From positions 25,730,001 through 25,794,000 of the forward strand of contig OX597820.1 in the NCBI GenBank assembly GCA_951406725.2: a stretch of DNA of 64,000 bases. The letters run 5' to 3'. The stretch comes from Octopus vulgaris (Eukaryota). The first letter of the stretch is position 1. Each line of letters opens with the position of its first letter. The notes under the pieces are model-generated. The model made no database searches. It saw nothing but the letters and a program-made list of their open reading frames with translations, and was not told the DNA's origin. A program made the position numbers and the translations under genes. Of the stretch, positions 1 to 64,000 are shown one piece after another.

Positions 1-655
1 GTTCAATTCCCAACGATGTGTTGTGTCCTTGAGCAAGACACTTTATTTCACATTGCTCCAGTCCAGTCAGCTGGCAAAAATGAGTTGTACCTGTATTTCA
101 AAGGGCCAGCTTTGTCTCCCCGAGAACTACATTAGGGGTACACGTGTCTGTTGATTGCTCAGCCTCTTGCATGTTAATTTCACGAGCAGGCTGTTTCATT
201 GGTCATATCAGCTGGGACCCTTGTCGTCGTAACTGACAGTGCTCCTACAATGTGTATGTGTGTGTGTGTGCACGCCTGTCTTACCACTGCTTGATAACCA
301 ATGTTGATATTTTACATTCCCATTACCTAGCAGTTCAGCAAAAGATATCGATAGAATAAGTACTAAGCTTAACTAAAAGAAAATAATAAATACTGGGGTT
401 GATTCATTTGACTAAAAATCCTTCAAGGCAGTGCTCCAACATGGTCGCAGTCTGATGACCGAAACTAGTAAAAGCTTAAAAATAAAGCTGAGAATGAGCT
501 TTGCATTCTTACATCGTTGTCATTTTTGGTGCTTTCTTTTTCCATGATAATTTGGATTGGATGTATCTGCAATATGGCGCAATCCCAGTTTTTTTCCAAT
601 CAGTTGCTATAACTGTCCTGTCGTTTAAATTTAATCAACTTAGAAAATATTATTT

Positions 656-1040
656 AGGTGTAGGAGTGGCTGTGTGGTAAGTAGCTTGCTTACCAACCAC
701 ATGGTTCCGGGTTCAGTCTCACTGCATGGCACCTTGGGCAAGTGTCTTCTACTATAGCCTCAGGCCAGCCAAAGCCTTGTGAGTGGATTTGGTAGGCGGA
801 AACTGAAAGAAGCCTATTGTATATATGTATATGTTTATGTGTCTGTGTTTGTCACCCCAACATCGCTTGACAACCGATACTGGTGTGTTTACATCCCTGT
901 AACTTAGTGGTTCGGCAAAAGAGACCGACAGAATAAGTACTAGGCTTACAAAGAATAAGACCTGGGGTCGATTTGCTCGACTAGAGGCGGTGCTCCAGCA
1001 TGGCCACAATCAAATGACTGAAACAAGTAAAGAGAAAGAG
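656..1040 (+). mobile_element. tRNA-derived SINE family 1 (octopus OR-like)
   Basis: tRNA-like head gctgtgtggtaag...gggttcagtccc, ccttgggcaagtgtcttc core, tail ggcggtgctccagcatggcc..gactgaaacaagtaaaagag; many copies in window. Confidence 0.85.
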
Positions 1041-1620
1041 AGCCTCTAAGATTCATTCACTGCTATTTTCCTTTCCTCAGGTTTGTAAACTGCCATGCTT
1101 TTTCTGAAGCTTTCATTTTGTATTTTTTTTTTTTTACCTTTTAACCACAAATATATTTCGGTATGAATTGTTGGAGCCAGTCCATTTACAGTGTAACAAC
1201 ATCTCTGCAGCTATATACACTGATGTGGTATCTATTTTTTCAGCTTGACTGCAGCAACTAGAATAACATCTAAATGTACGTTTCTCTTTTTCTATGTTTA
1301 CTCACCACTTTTTTTCTTTTACTGTAAAAGTATGTAGCCTTGTGGTAAGTATGTTGGGCTCACAATCATAAGGTTTTGGGTTTGAGTGTTGAACTGGGTT
1401 GGTGGGTACTTTGTATTTTATACTTGTTTCAGACATTTGACTTTGGCCAAGCTAGGGCACCGCTTTGAAATTTTAGTCAAATGTTTCAACCCCAGTACTT
1501 ACTTTTTCTTTTTAAAGTCTGGTACTTACTTTATCAGTCTCTTTTACTGGACTGCTAAGTTACGGGGACATTAACAACACACCGACACTAGTTGTCAAGT
1601 GTTGTGTGGGGACAATAAGT

Positions 1621-2485
1621 AGCCTGATCAATAAGTATCCGGACTGTTGCCATAGTAACGAAGCTAAAGCACAGAGAGTGAAGCTGCCTGGCACAGATTG
1701 ACCTTGAACTCTGCTGTGCATGCATAATAAGTTTTAACGTTCTAGTTTACTTCCATTTTTTACTGCAATGCTTGGAAGGAAGGTGTGTAGCGTGTGCTCG
1801 TCGCATTGACCATGACAGAGGAAGTTGAGCAGAGAATCTGCATCAAATTTTGCCAAAGGCTTGGTGATACCTGCTGAGAGGCCTATGCAAAGTTTTCATC
1901 ATTCTCGACTCAGTCAAGGAGATCTTGTGCAACTGAAACCCGTGTTTCTTTTTGGTCAGGTGAAAGCAGTTTTGGCACAAACTTGGCAGGCATGTGTCTC
2001 ATACACAAATCTTCAGTGATAATAGATTGAACTGAACTGTAATTAATCTGCACATTCTCTGATAACTCACAGATGGTGATTCGACGATTTCCCCTCATAG
2101 ATACACGCACATCTGCAATGTTTTACTCACTTCTGCTGGTTGCAGGCCTCCCAGAACATTCGTCAATACCAACACTTTTTCGGCCATCTTGGAAACGTCT
2201 GAACCACTCGTACACTTGTGTGTGGCTCATACACTTTCTACAACTTTGTGGAGGCCTCTGAGCAGGTATCGGCATGACAACTTTCTCTGTCATGGTCAAT
2301 GCGACGATCACATGCTACACACCTTCCTTCCAAGCACTATTGTAAACAGCAGAAGTGAGCTAGAATGTTAAAACTTAGTGCATATGCACAGCAGAGCTCA
2401 AGGTCAATCTGTGTCAAACAGCTTCACTATGCATGCTTTAGCTTCATTACTATAGCAACAGCCTGGATAATTATTGATCAGACCT
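1621..2485. mobile_element. Decayed mariner (Mos1-like) element, fold-back made of two 5' ends
   Basis: Long inverted arms; transposase N-terminal remnants (EQRICIKFCQ on +; QVYEWFRRFQDGR, SGRP, NRRITICEL, AKFVPKLLSPDQK on -). Confidence 0.85.
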
Positions 2486-2542
<57 letters not shown>

Positions 2543-3068
2543 AGCAGAGTTAGCAGTTGGAATAAACGTCTAAGGGATAAGAATATCCGTTCTTACTACT
2601 GGTATCATTTACCTATGTTAACCCTGGGCATGGGTATGCAAGCACCCTATACCCATAGGGTACAGGTAATAACAAAATAAACAAAAGTTTATCAGGAATC
2701 AAATTGAAATAAGCAGAAAATGGAGAAAACTTTTGATCTACAAACAAACAAATTGACCAAAATCAGTTAATTATTTTTTAATACAAAACATTACATAATA
2801 TATATATATATAGAGAGAGAGATAGATATAATAAGAAAATGGAGGATCAATAGGTGGTCCATCAACTTTTAAATATTATATTATGTCAACTTATTTATTT
2901 ATTTACTAAAATGACAATTACAAGAATATACATACATGTATAACATATACTTTGCATATAAAATATATTAATATATAAAGATACCAGTAATTATTGAAAT
3001 ATAACATACAGGAATATAAATTGGGAAAATATCTTACAGCTGTTTCAGCCAGGAGGCAAAAATACCTC

Positions 3069-3133
<65 letters not shown>

Positions 3134-3141
3134 TACATACA

Positions 3142-3174
<33 letters not shown>

Positions 3175-4355
3175 GATGGTCTCCTTTCAGTTTCTATCTT
3201 CCAAATCCACTCACAAGGCTTTGATCAGCCCAAGGCTATAGTAGAAGACAATTGCCCAAGGTGCTACGCAATGGGACTGAACCTGAAATCATGTGGTTGG
3301 GAAGCCAGCTTCTTACCACACAGCCATGCCTGTACCTTTGAGCCAGGCTCTTCATTTTACATTGCTCCAGCTGTCGTATCCCCAATGTCTCTCTAGGTCA
3401 AAGCTGGGAGGGTAGAGAAGGTGCCTATATCTGCTTGTGACCACAGAGGCACTTAAAACTATTGGCAAAAGTGTGGTACTTACTCACTACTAAGTCGTAC
3501 ATGGTGTCACATATTCTTTTCTTTTGTTTTTTTTGCTTGTTTTAGTCATTAGGCTGTGGCCATGCTGGGGTACCACATTGAAGAACATAAGTCAAATGAA
3601 ACAACTCCAGTACTTATTTTAGTTTTTAAATTTTGTACTTATTCTATCAGTCTCTTTTGCCAAACCACTAAGTTATGGGGACATAGACAAACCAGCACTG
3701 GTTGTCAAGCAGTGGTGGGGGACAAACACAGGCCCAAACGCAAGTACATAAATATATATACATATGACATTCTTCTTACAGTTTCCATCTACCAAATCCA
3801 CTCATAAGACTTTGGTCAGCCTGACGCTATAGTGGAAGACATTTGCCCAATGTGTCACATTGTGGGGCTGAACCTGGAACCATGTGTTTATGAATGAGAA
3901 AGGAAGGGGTGAACGTTTCAACTCTGTGTGAATATATGTGTGTATATGTAAAGGGGGGTGCATGCGTGCATGTGCAATGAAAGTGGAATGGATCATCTTT
4001 ATTCACTTAATATTTGGGTTTATCTTTTGATTTGATTGAATCTTGGGTTTTTTTATGTTGTTGGTCAGTTATTTTTAGTGTTTTGACAGAAAAAAGTCAT
4101 TCTAAAATTGTTTTTTAACGTAATCGTGCCCAAACAAGTCGAATGCTTACACAGAGCAGGTTTTACAGCCACATCATCCAAACCGACTGGGTGAAACCGG
4201 GCTTAGCTGCTAGTATATATACACATAAATATATATATATATATATATATATAGGTAAAAATGGTAAGATAACAAAAGAAAGAAAGAGACCTCAATATTA
4301 TGTAAATAGAGGAATTTATCTGTAAAATAATATGTGAGAGTTATTCAGTAGCCAA

Positions 4356-4416
4356 GATAAAACTCCGAGTTTCAGATGCCGAGGTGGAAATCCACACCAC
4401 CATCTCTTCGGTTATC
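4356..4416 (-). ncRNA. Degenerate hammerhead motif, same family as 41639-41699
   Basis: Minus: gataa-CCGAAGA-gatg...catct-GAAA-ctcggag-TT-ttatc; perfect 5-bp stem I, core U-to-C change. Confidence 0.5.
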
Positions 4417-4425
4417 TGATGACGA

Positions 4426-4459
<34 letters not shown>

Positions 4460-5392
4460 TCATCATTTAATGTCTGTTCTCCATGCTGGCATGGTTTCTA
4501 CAGCTGGATACCCTTCCTAATGCCCACCATTCCAGGAGTGTAATGGGTGCTTTTACATGCCACCAGCACGGGTGCCATCTACATGACACCAGCAACAACC
4601 ATGACTACGATTCACCAGTGTTTGTCCCCCTATCACCACTTGATAACTGGTGTTGGTGTGTTTACATCCTTATATATAGATATACATCCAAGGGACTTCC
4701 ACACAATGTCCATCTCCCAAACTCAAACTCACTTCTAAAGCATTGGTCATTTGGGAGATAAAGTAGGAGAGACTAGTCCAATGTGTAGTATAGTGGGACT
4801 GAATCCCCAAACCACATGATACAAAGTGAGTTTCTTAACCACACAGCTATGTCTATGCCTGGCTTCTTAACTACATAGCTATAAAAAATAAAGATTTAAA
4901 TCTTTGCACAGACAAGGCTGTATGGTAAGAAGCTTGCTTCCCAACCACATTGTTATGGGATCATTCCCATTGCATGGCACCTTGGGCAAGTGTCTTCTAC
5001 TACTGACCAAAGCCTTGTGAGTGGATTTGGTGAATGGAAACTGAAAGAAGCCTATTGTATGTATATATATATATATGTATGTATGTATATACTTATGTGT
5101 GTGTGTCTTAGTGTATGTTTGTCTCCCTATCACCACTTGATGTTGATGTGTTTACGTCCCCGTAACTTAGTGGTCTGGCAAAAAAGATCGATAGAATAAG
5201 TGCTAGCCCTAAGAAATAAGTCCGGGGGTCGATTTGTTCGACTAAAACTCTTCAATCTAGTGCTCCAGCATGGTCACAGCCAAATGACTGAAACAAGTAA
5301 AAGGAATAAAGTTAATTCATAGAGCAATATGGACCTTATTTAGTGCAATATAGGATGTAACCCTTTTCAATCCTTTCAGTTAATAGACAAAC

Positions 5393-5791
5393 AGGCGTAG
5401 GAATGGCTGTGTGGTAAGTAGCTTACTTACCAACCACATGGTTCCAGGTTCAGTCCCACTGCGTGGCACCTTGGGCAAGTGTCTTCTACTATAGCCTCGG
5501 GCCGACCAAAGCCTTGTGAGTGGATTTGGTAGATGGAAACTGAAAGAAGCCAGTCATATATATGTATATATGTGTGTGTGTGTGTGTTTTTGTGTCTGTG
5601 TTTGTCCCCCCAACATCGCTTGACAACCGATGGTGGTGTGTTTATGTCCCCGTAACCTAGCGGTTTGACAAAAGAGACCGATAGAATAAGTACTAAGCTT
5701 ACAGAGAATAAGTCCTGGGTCGATTTGCTCGACTAAGGGCTGTGCTCCAGCATGGCCACAGTCAAATGACTGAAACAAGAGAGTAAAAGAG
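5393..5791 (+). mobile_element. SINE family 1, full length
   Basis: Near-identical to 656-1040; adjacent copy at about 4915-5305. Confidence 0.85.
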
Positions 5792-5930
5792 TAACCCACT
5801 GAACCTCACAAACCCAGGCATTTCATTTTATTTGTCTTTCTCCATGCTTTATTTCTTTGAAATTTGTTTTATGCTTTCGTCCATTTTATGTTTTACAAAA
5901 TCTAATATTATTTCTCTTATAAACTTTCAG

Positions 5931-58448
<52,518 letters not shown>

Positions 58449-60102
58449 GTGAGTATTGTGGACGAGTATCCTATGCATACACTATAACAGTCTCTTTTAT
58501 AACACTGTATATTGCACTAGATTAATATGCTTCTGCACTTTGGTAAAAATTGTCTATGGTGTCTCTCTCTCTATATTTCTATCTCTCTCTCCTCTCTCTC
58601 TTTCAATATTCTTGGCATCTTGGTGTCTAATAAGAACATGAGTTGTGTTTAGAGCTTTTTACTGCTTTTGTGAACTATGACTGTCTTGCAACTCGGTTTT
58701 GCAGCTAATTTCAATGTACTTTTTACTCCTTGTTATTTAACATTTATTCTTTTCTTTGTGAAAGTCTATGTGGGATGGCTTCTCTTGTTTTTGAGCAATA
58801 ACTGTTATAGTAATTAGATGTTTGGGGTTTTTTTTTTCTTATCAATAACCATTCAACTATAAAGTAGGAGTTGAATTTGTTTGTCAGCCCGACAGACTGA
58901 GATAAGAGTTATTTATCTTGCTCGGAAGCACAACATATTGTCTTTAGTAATATTTGAATGTTTGACTCTATGATTTAGTAAATCCAGTACCCAAACGCCA
59001 TATACATAAATTTACAACATGACTGTCCATATTGAAATCTATTTTTATTTTTTATGGTTTAGTCAGAGGAATAAGAGTTGTCTATGATTTTACATGACCT
59101 CTGGGTGTGGTGAGTTTGGGAAAGGGAGGAAGAAACTGTGAATCATAGATTACTATAGTAGGAAGCCACTTACAACAGTGGACTTCACTAAAAGCATCTC
59201 TGAACCAGGTGATAGTGTTAAACTGGCTGACAGATTAGATCTGCTATCTAAGAATTTGTAGTCAATTTTATAGGTTTATATACAGTTCCCAACTTCCAAA
59301 AGATTTGTCTTTAGTATCATATATAATTTTGACTTCCTCACAGATTGAGGCATAAAATACAATTAATTTCTGATGGTATTGTTGGTATTTTCTATCCCTA
59401 CAATTTGTAAGAGTGAGGCGATTAGATACATACAATAAATTTTATATTGTACAAGTGATAAACCTGTAATAAAGAATCAATCTATTCAGGCCCACTCTGG
59501 TAATTCATATTGTAATTTTTTGTCCTTTCAAAATTCATTGAAAACTTTTGCTACTGTATTTCTATTCAAAAACACTGCTTGTATTTCAATTAGGTTTGAA
59601 AATAATTAGAAACTTATTAAAAGAGCTTTGCTATTATTAAGCTGTTGTTTGGAATATATATTATAATGGGATTGTAATGCAAGATTTTAATTTAGGTCAC
59701 AATAAAAAACAAAATAGTATAATAGAACTAAGGGCAGTCTCGGGTGGGTTAGTATCAAAATAGTTAAAATAAATCTATTGGATAAAAAGATTTTTTCTTT
59801 TTTTCTTAATGTAACCAATTTAAACAGAATATTTCAGGAAACTGCATATTACAAGGTGATTGATCTGCATGATATCTTGGTGTCATAATTGCTTCATGTT
59901 CTGATAATATATGCAGGAATTGTAAGTTGCATGGAATTGCATCCACTAACTACGAATTTGCATGTGATTGTTGTAGTTTAGTCCAAGATTTATTTTAACA
60001 GATCTGGTCAATGCTTGAAACATTCCAGCGATGCCCTTCCTGTCTTTTTTTTTTCCAGATATACTGTACCTAGGACTAAATTATTCACTGTGTCTTTAAC
60101 TC

Positions 60103-60333
60103 TTTAACCTTTTTGTTGCCATATTTCTGTTGAAATATACTGCCTTTGTTTCAGTTAATTTTTAAAATAATTAAGAATTTTGTAGAATAACTTTGTTATT
60201 ATTAAGGTAGTGTTCAGAACTTAAAATAGCAGTTTGATGCAAGATTTTAAATTTAGATTATTTTTAAACAGGTAATTTGTATCATTGAACCAGAGGCAGT
60301 CTCAGGCTCAGAGTTGGTATCAAAAGGGTTTAA
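60103..60333. mobile_element. TTAA-type MITE, diverged copy
   Basis: ttaacctttttg...caaaagggtttaa; similar to reverse complement of 16875-17095; partial copy near 59560-59765. Confidence 0.6.
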
Positions 60334-61667
60334 ATATGTTGCAACCATGTAGAGTATTTCATTGACTGCATATGGTTGCCAACAAAGAATGTCACATTTG
60401 CATGAAATAAATAAACTGGCTGCATATTTGCATCAGAAGATACATTTTTTATCATCATGCAAATTGCACCTTGCTCAAAACTAATTACTTTGTCTTTTTC
60501 TTAGGAGTTTAAAACCTTTTTTTATTATGCTAAAATATATTATTGATCTTAAATAATTTTGAGAATTTGTTTACTGTTCTAAATTGGAGCTAAGGTCCTA
60601 TTCCATATTAAAAATCAAAGATTTGTTTCATGCTTTTTACTGACTTTCTGTTGTTCTTCAGGAAACAAATCTTTTCATTAGATTTTAATATAAAAGCTGT
60701 AACTGTAATTAACAGTGACATTTTTGTTGTAGAATGGGGGGAATTCCTGTAAACCTGGACTGGATCTTAGATTATTACTTAAATGGTTGAAACTGGGAAC
60801 ATTTAAAAAGAAAAAAAGCTAAAGAAAGATCAAACATGCAGTGAACAAAATAAAAATATTAGTAATATCACTTGGGGATTAGTGTGTGTGTATGTGTGTG
60901 CATGTATGTCATTGGCAAAAATGAGCAATAACTCCAAATGGTTCACACTTATATAGAATTATTGATGAAATCATAAACTATAAAATCTTGCCACATCTAC
61001 TGAAGTGTTACTAATTGAACCATTAGGTAAGATATAGACATGTTAATTACAATATTGATTTTTATAGTGCACCACTCTTCCTTACTATTATGTAATAAAT
61101 ACTCCCTTGAAATAGTGGTGTGATAATAATAGCTGACAACATGCTGTAGTTAAAAATGACCTAATCTAACTATAAATATACAATAAAAGAGAAAAACACA
61201 TTCTTAATAAGAATGAAACTCATTGCTGAAATTTACTTCACTTATGAAGTAACTAATATTTCATTGGAATTGCAGAACAAGAGAGACATGAAGTGATATG
61301 ACAGATGATGGAGACAGAGCTGGGGGTTCAAAGAAGCATATTGCTACAGTGACCACTATTTTCTTTAGCATTCTTTCAAACTGATTATGTATTTTTGGCC
61401 ATCAAGCCATTACTTCAACACAGAAGAATTTTCTTGCTTGTAGAAAAAATGGCGGTCATACTACCTCTTAAGCATTACAAAACAACTCGTATATTAATGT
61501 CTTCTATCACAGATGTAATGTTACAGTCTCAAATCGCCACAGAGTTTTCAGAATTGTGACTGACTCACATGCTTCTGATTTCATGATAAACATTGTCCAT
61601 CTTACCTGTCTGTGCCAGTATTACAATTGTTATTCAGGATTTTGGAACTGTTAATTTTTTTTTTTAG

Positions 61668-62045
61668 TAAGAAGTTTGCTTCCCAACCACATAGTTCTGG
61701 GTTCAGTCCCACTGCATGGTATCTTGAGCAAATGCCTTTTACAATAGCCCTGGGCTCACAAAAGCCTTGTGAGTGAATTTGGGTGATGGAAACTGAAAGA
61801 AGCCCATTATGTATACATGTGTGAATGTGTATGCCTTTGTGTCTGTATTTGTCCCCTATCACTGCTTGACAACTGGTACTGGTTTGTTTATGTCACCCAC
61901 AATTTAGCAGTTCAGCCAAAAGACACCAATAGAAAAAGTCCCCGTCATTAAAAAATTAGTACTGGGGTTGAGTTATTTAACTAAAATCCGCAAGGTGATG
62001 CCCCAGCATGGCCACAGTCTAATGACTGAAACAAGTAAAAGGATA
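61668..62045 (+). mobile_element. SINE family 1, diverged
   Basis: Same head, core and tail motifs. Confidence 0.75.
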
Positions 62046-62644
62046 AAAGAACAAAAGAATGTCATTCATTAAATTTACCTTGACCCCTTCTGCAAGGAAC
62101 TGCAATAGCCAAGTAGTTGTAACTTGAGTTTCTATTTCATCATTGGTGTTCTGACATATCCTGTGATGTACCCAGTGCAAGGATGCATCAAAAACTGCTA
62201 TTCTGTTTTCATACCAGTAGAACCAATAGAAAAATATGTTATGGTTAATTATAACTATATCTGTATAATAAATATACTTTCTGCCTATACATAATTATAA
62301 GATCAATATATTACTATCAGTGAATAATTAAAAATGCTGCTACTAACATTGCTATTTATTTAACACACGTTTTCTTCCATCTCATGAACATTGCACTATC
62401 TTATTACTCACCTTGTTTTGTTGTATTCTATTCATTTGTTTATATGCCATCATCATTATTGCGCTTTCTCTCACACACACGCATATGTTTTGTGTAATTC
62501 TTGATAAAAAATATTCAGCCTCACAGCATACTAAATCTGGCTTCATGTGAGATGTGATGAGAACACTGAAACAGTTTACATATGCTATGAGATCATACAT
62601 TTTGAATAGAAGTGTGTGTGTTTGTAAAGATATATATACATATA

Positions 62645-63200
62645 TATAATACAAATAAGAAAATGGAGAAACAATTTAGTTGGTTCATCAGCTTTCGGAT
62701 ATTAGAATGTTGACTTATTTATTCATTTACAAAAATGAGAACCTTAATAACATACACATATACATTATAATTCAATACATACAAGATAAGAATACAATTA
62801 TAAAAATCATAATATAAATTATTGAAATCATTAAATCACTCCTTACAGCTGTTTCAGCCTATGGATAAAAGTAGTTTTTTTTCCAGTGCCTATAGTTGTC
62901 AATTTTATTGAGGCTGTAGGCATTTAAAAATAGGGTACTTATATATAACCATAGGCCTCGTCAGAGATTATAAAGAATTTTTTAAATATTGATTATTATA
63001 TTTATCAATAATAACAATATTATTAGATTTAGAGTAATCTTCACTTCACAATACATATTATAGTAGATTCCAATATATCATATATTACGATACAATATAA
63101 ACAATTTTTTACGGTAGATTTAATTTTATAAATTTTTAATCCACAATCCATAGCTGATGAATGAACTAAATTGTTTCTCCATTTTCTTATTTGTATTATA
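62645..63200. mobile_element. Element with about 50-bp inverted termini carrying a hammerhead motif (Penelope-like inverted pseudo-LTR derivative)
   Basis: tataatacaaataagaaaatggagaaacaatttagtt..ttcatcagct at left, near-perfect reverse complement at 63152-63200; related truncated copy at about 2830-3070. Confidence 0.6.
62838..62970 (-). ncRNA. Type I hammerhead ribozyme motif (Penelope-associated minimal type) with extended stem II
   Basis: Minus strand: taatct-CUGACGA-ggcctatgg...ccataggct-GAAAC-agct-GUA-agg; 9-bp stem II base, palindromic stem III, short stem I. Confidence 0.7.
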
Positions 63201-63369
63201 AATTAATGGTAAAATATTTCTTTATCTTCACCCATTTAATACAATAAGTAAGTTAATTGCATTGCAATTAAAAACACTTGTGTATTAATAATTTGGGTAT
63301 TATACCAACAGTATATTGGATAAATATTATCCCTTATTGGGTTGGATCCATAACCCCTAACTTACTTGG

Positions 63370-63411
<42 letters not shown>

Positions 63412-64000
63412 AAACATGCACATTAAATAATGATTATATATATATATATCATCATCATCATCAAACGGATGCTAAACGATGATGATGATGATGATGATAT
63501 ATATATAATCATTATTTAATGTACATGTTTCATGCTGGCATAGATTAGATGGTTTGACAGGATATGATGGGCCCAAGGTCTGCATCATGCTCTAGTGTCT
63601 GCTTTGGCATGGTTTTTATGGCTGGATGACCTTCCTAATGCCAACCACATTACACCGTGTATTGGCTGCGTTTTTCATTCCACCATCATTAGTAACACCA
63701 TTGTACTGTTTGTAAGACTATAAACTCTGAGGGAGCAGCTTTATGCTGAGATATGAGAGCCAAAAGATGGGTAAAAATAAGAGAAGGGGTCAGAGCAGAA
63801 AAGGTTTCTTTCTGTAAAAGAACTACAGAGCTACTTACATTTTAGAAGAGAGGACAGGTGTGATCAAATGGAGTCAAAGAGTGATGTGGTGGAGGTGACT
63901 GATAGTACTCAACAGCAGAATAATAATAATGATGAAACAGTAGACAGGAGAAGGATGAGAAGAATATTACTGGGTAGATTGTAGAATTGAGCAGGAAAGA

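Noticed and set aside
1-5930. Search for the first PHKA coding exon (MRSRSNS-like) or a promoter
   Set aside because: Not found; the region is repeat-filled intron, so the start lies upstream of the window.
60059-60100. Strong-looking acceptor ttttttttccag
   Set aside because: Part of a dispersed repeat (similar near 10700) and stops after about 13 codons with no donor.

Overview
AT-rich, microsatellite- and SINE-dense animal genomic DNA; the repeat families look like those of Octopus/coleoid cephalopods (inferred from recall, not searched). The window lies inside one large plus-strand gene for the phosphorylase b kinase regulatory subunit alpha (PHKA1/PHKA2-like). I traced about 20 GT-AG exons from 5931 to 58448 with consistent phases (about 680 aa for one isoform). 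The first coding exon and the C-terminal half lie outside the window. Main findings: (1) a duplicated, strongly diverged pair of homologous exons (32058-32202 and 40014-40161) that can only be used mutually exclusively; (2) several Penelope-type minimal hammerhead ribozyme motifs in the introns, two with intact cores, both antisense to the gene; (3) a perfect 91-bp-arm fold-back between the alternative exons, plus related fold-backs centred on retroposon tails; (4) candidate symmetric micro-exons in a Ser/Arg-rich variable region. The remainder is SINEs, MITEs, decayed Tc1/mariner and LINE relics, and microsatellites. Almost all ORFs in the supplied track are spurious. Repeat boundaries are approximate.
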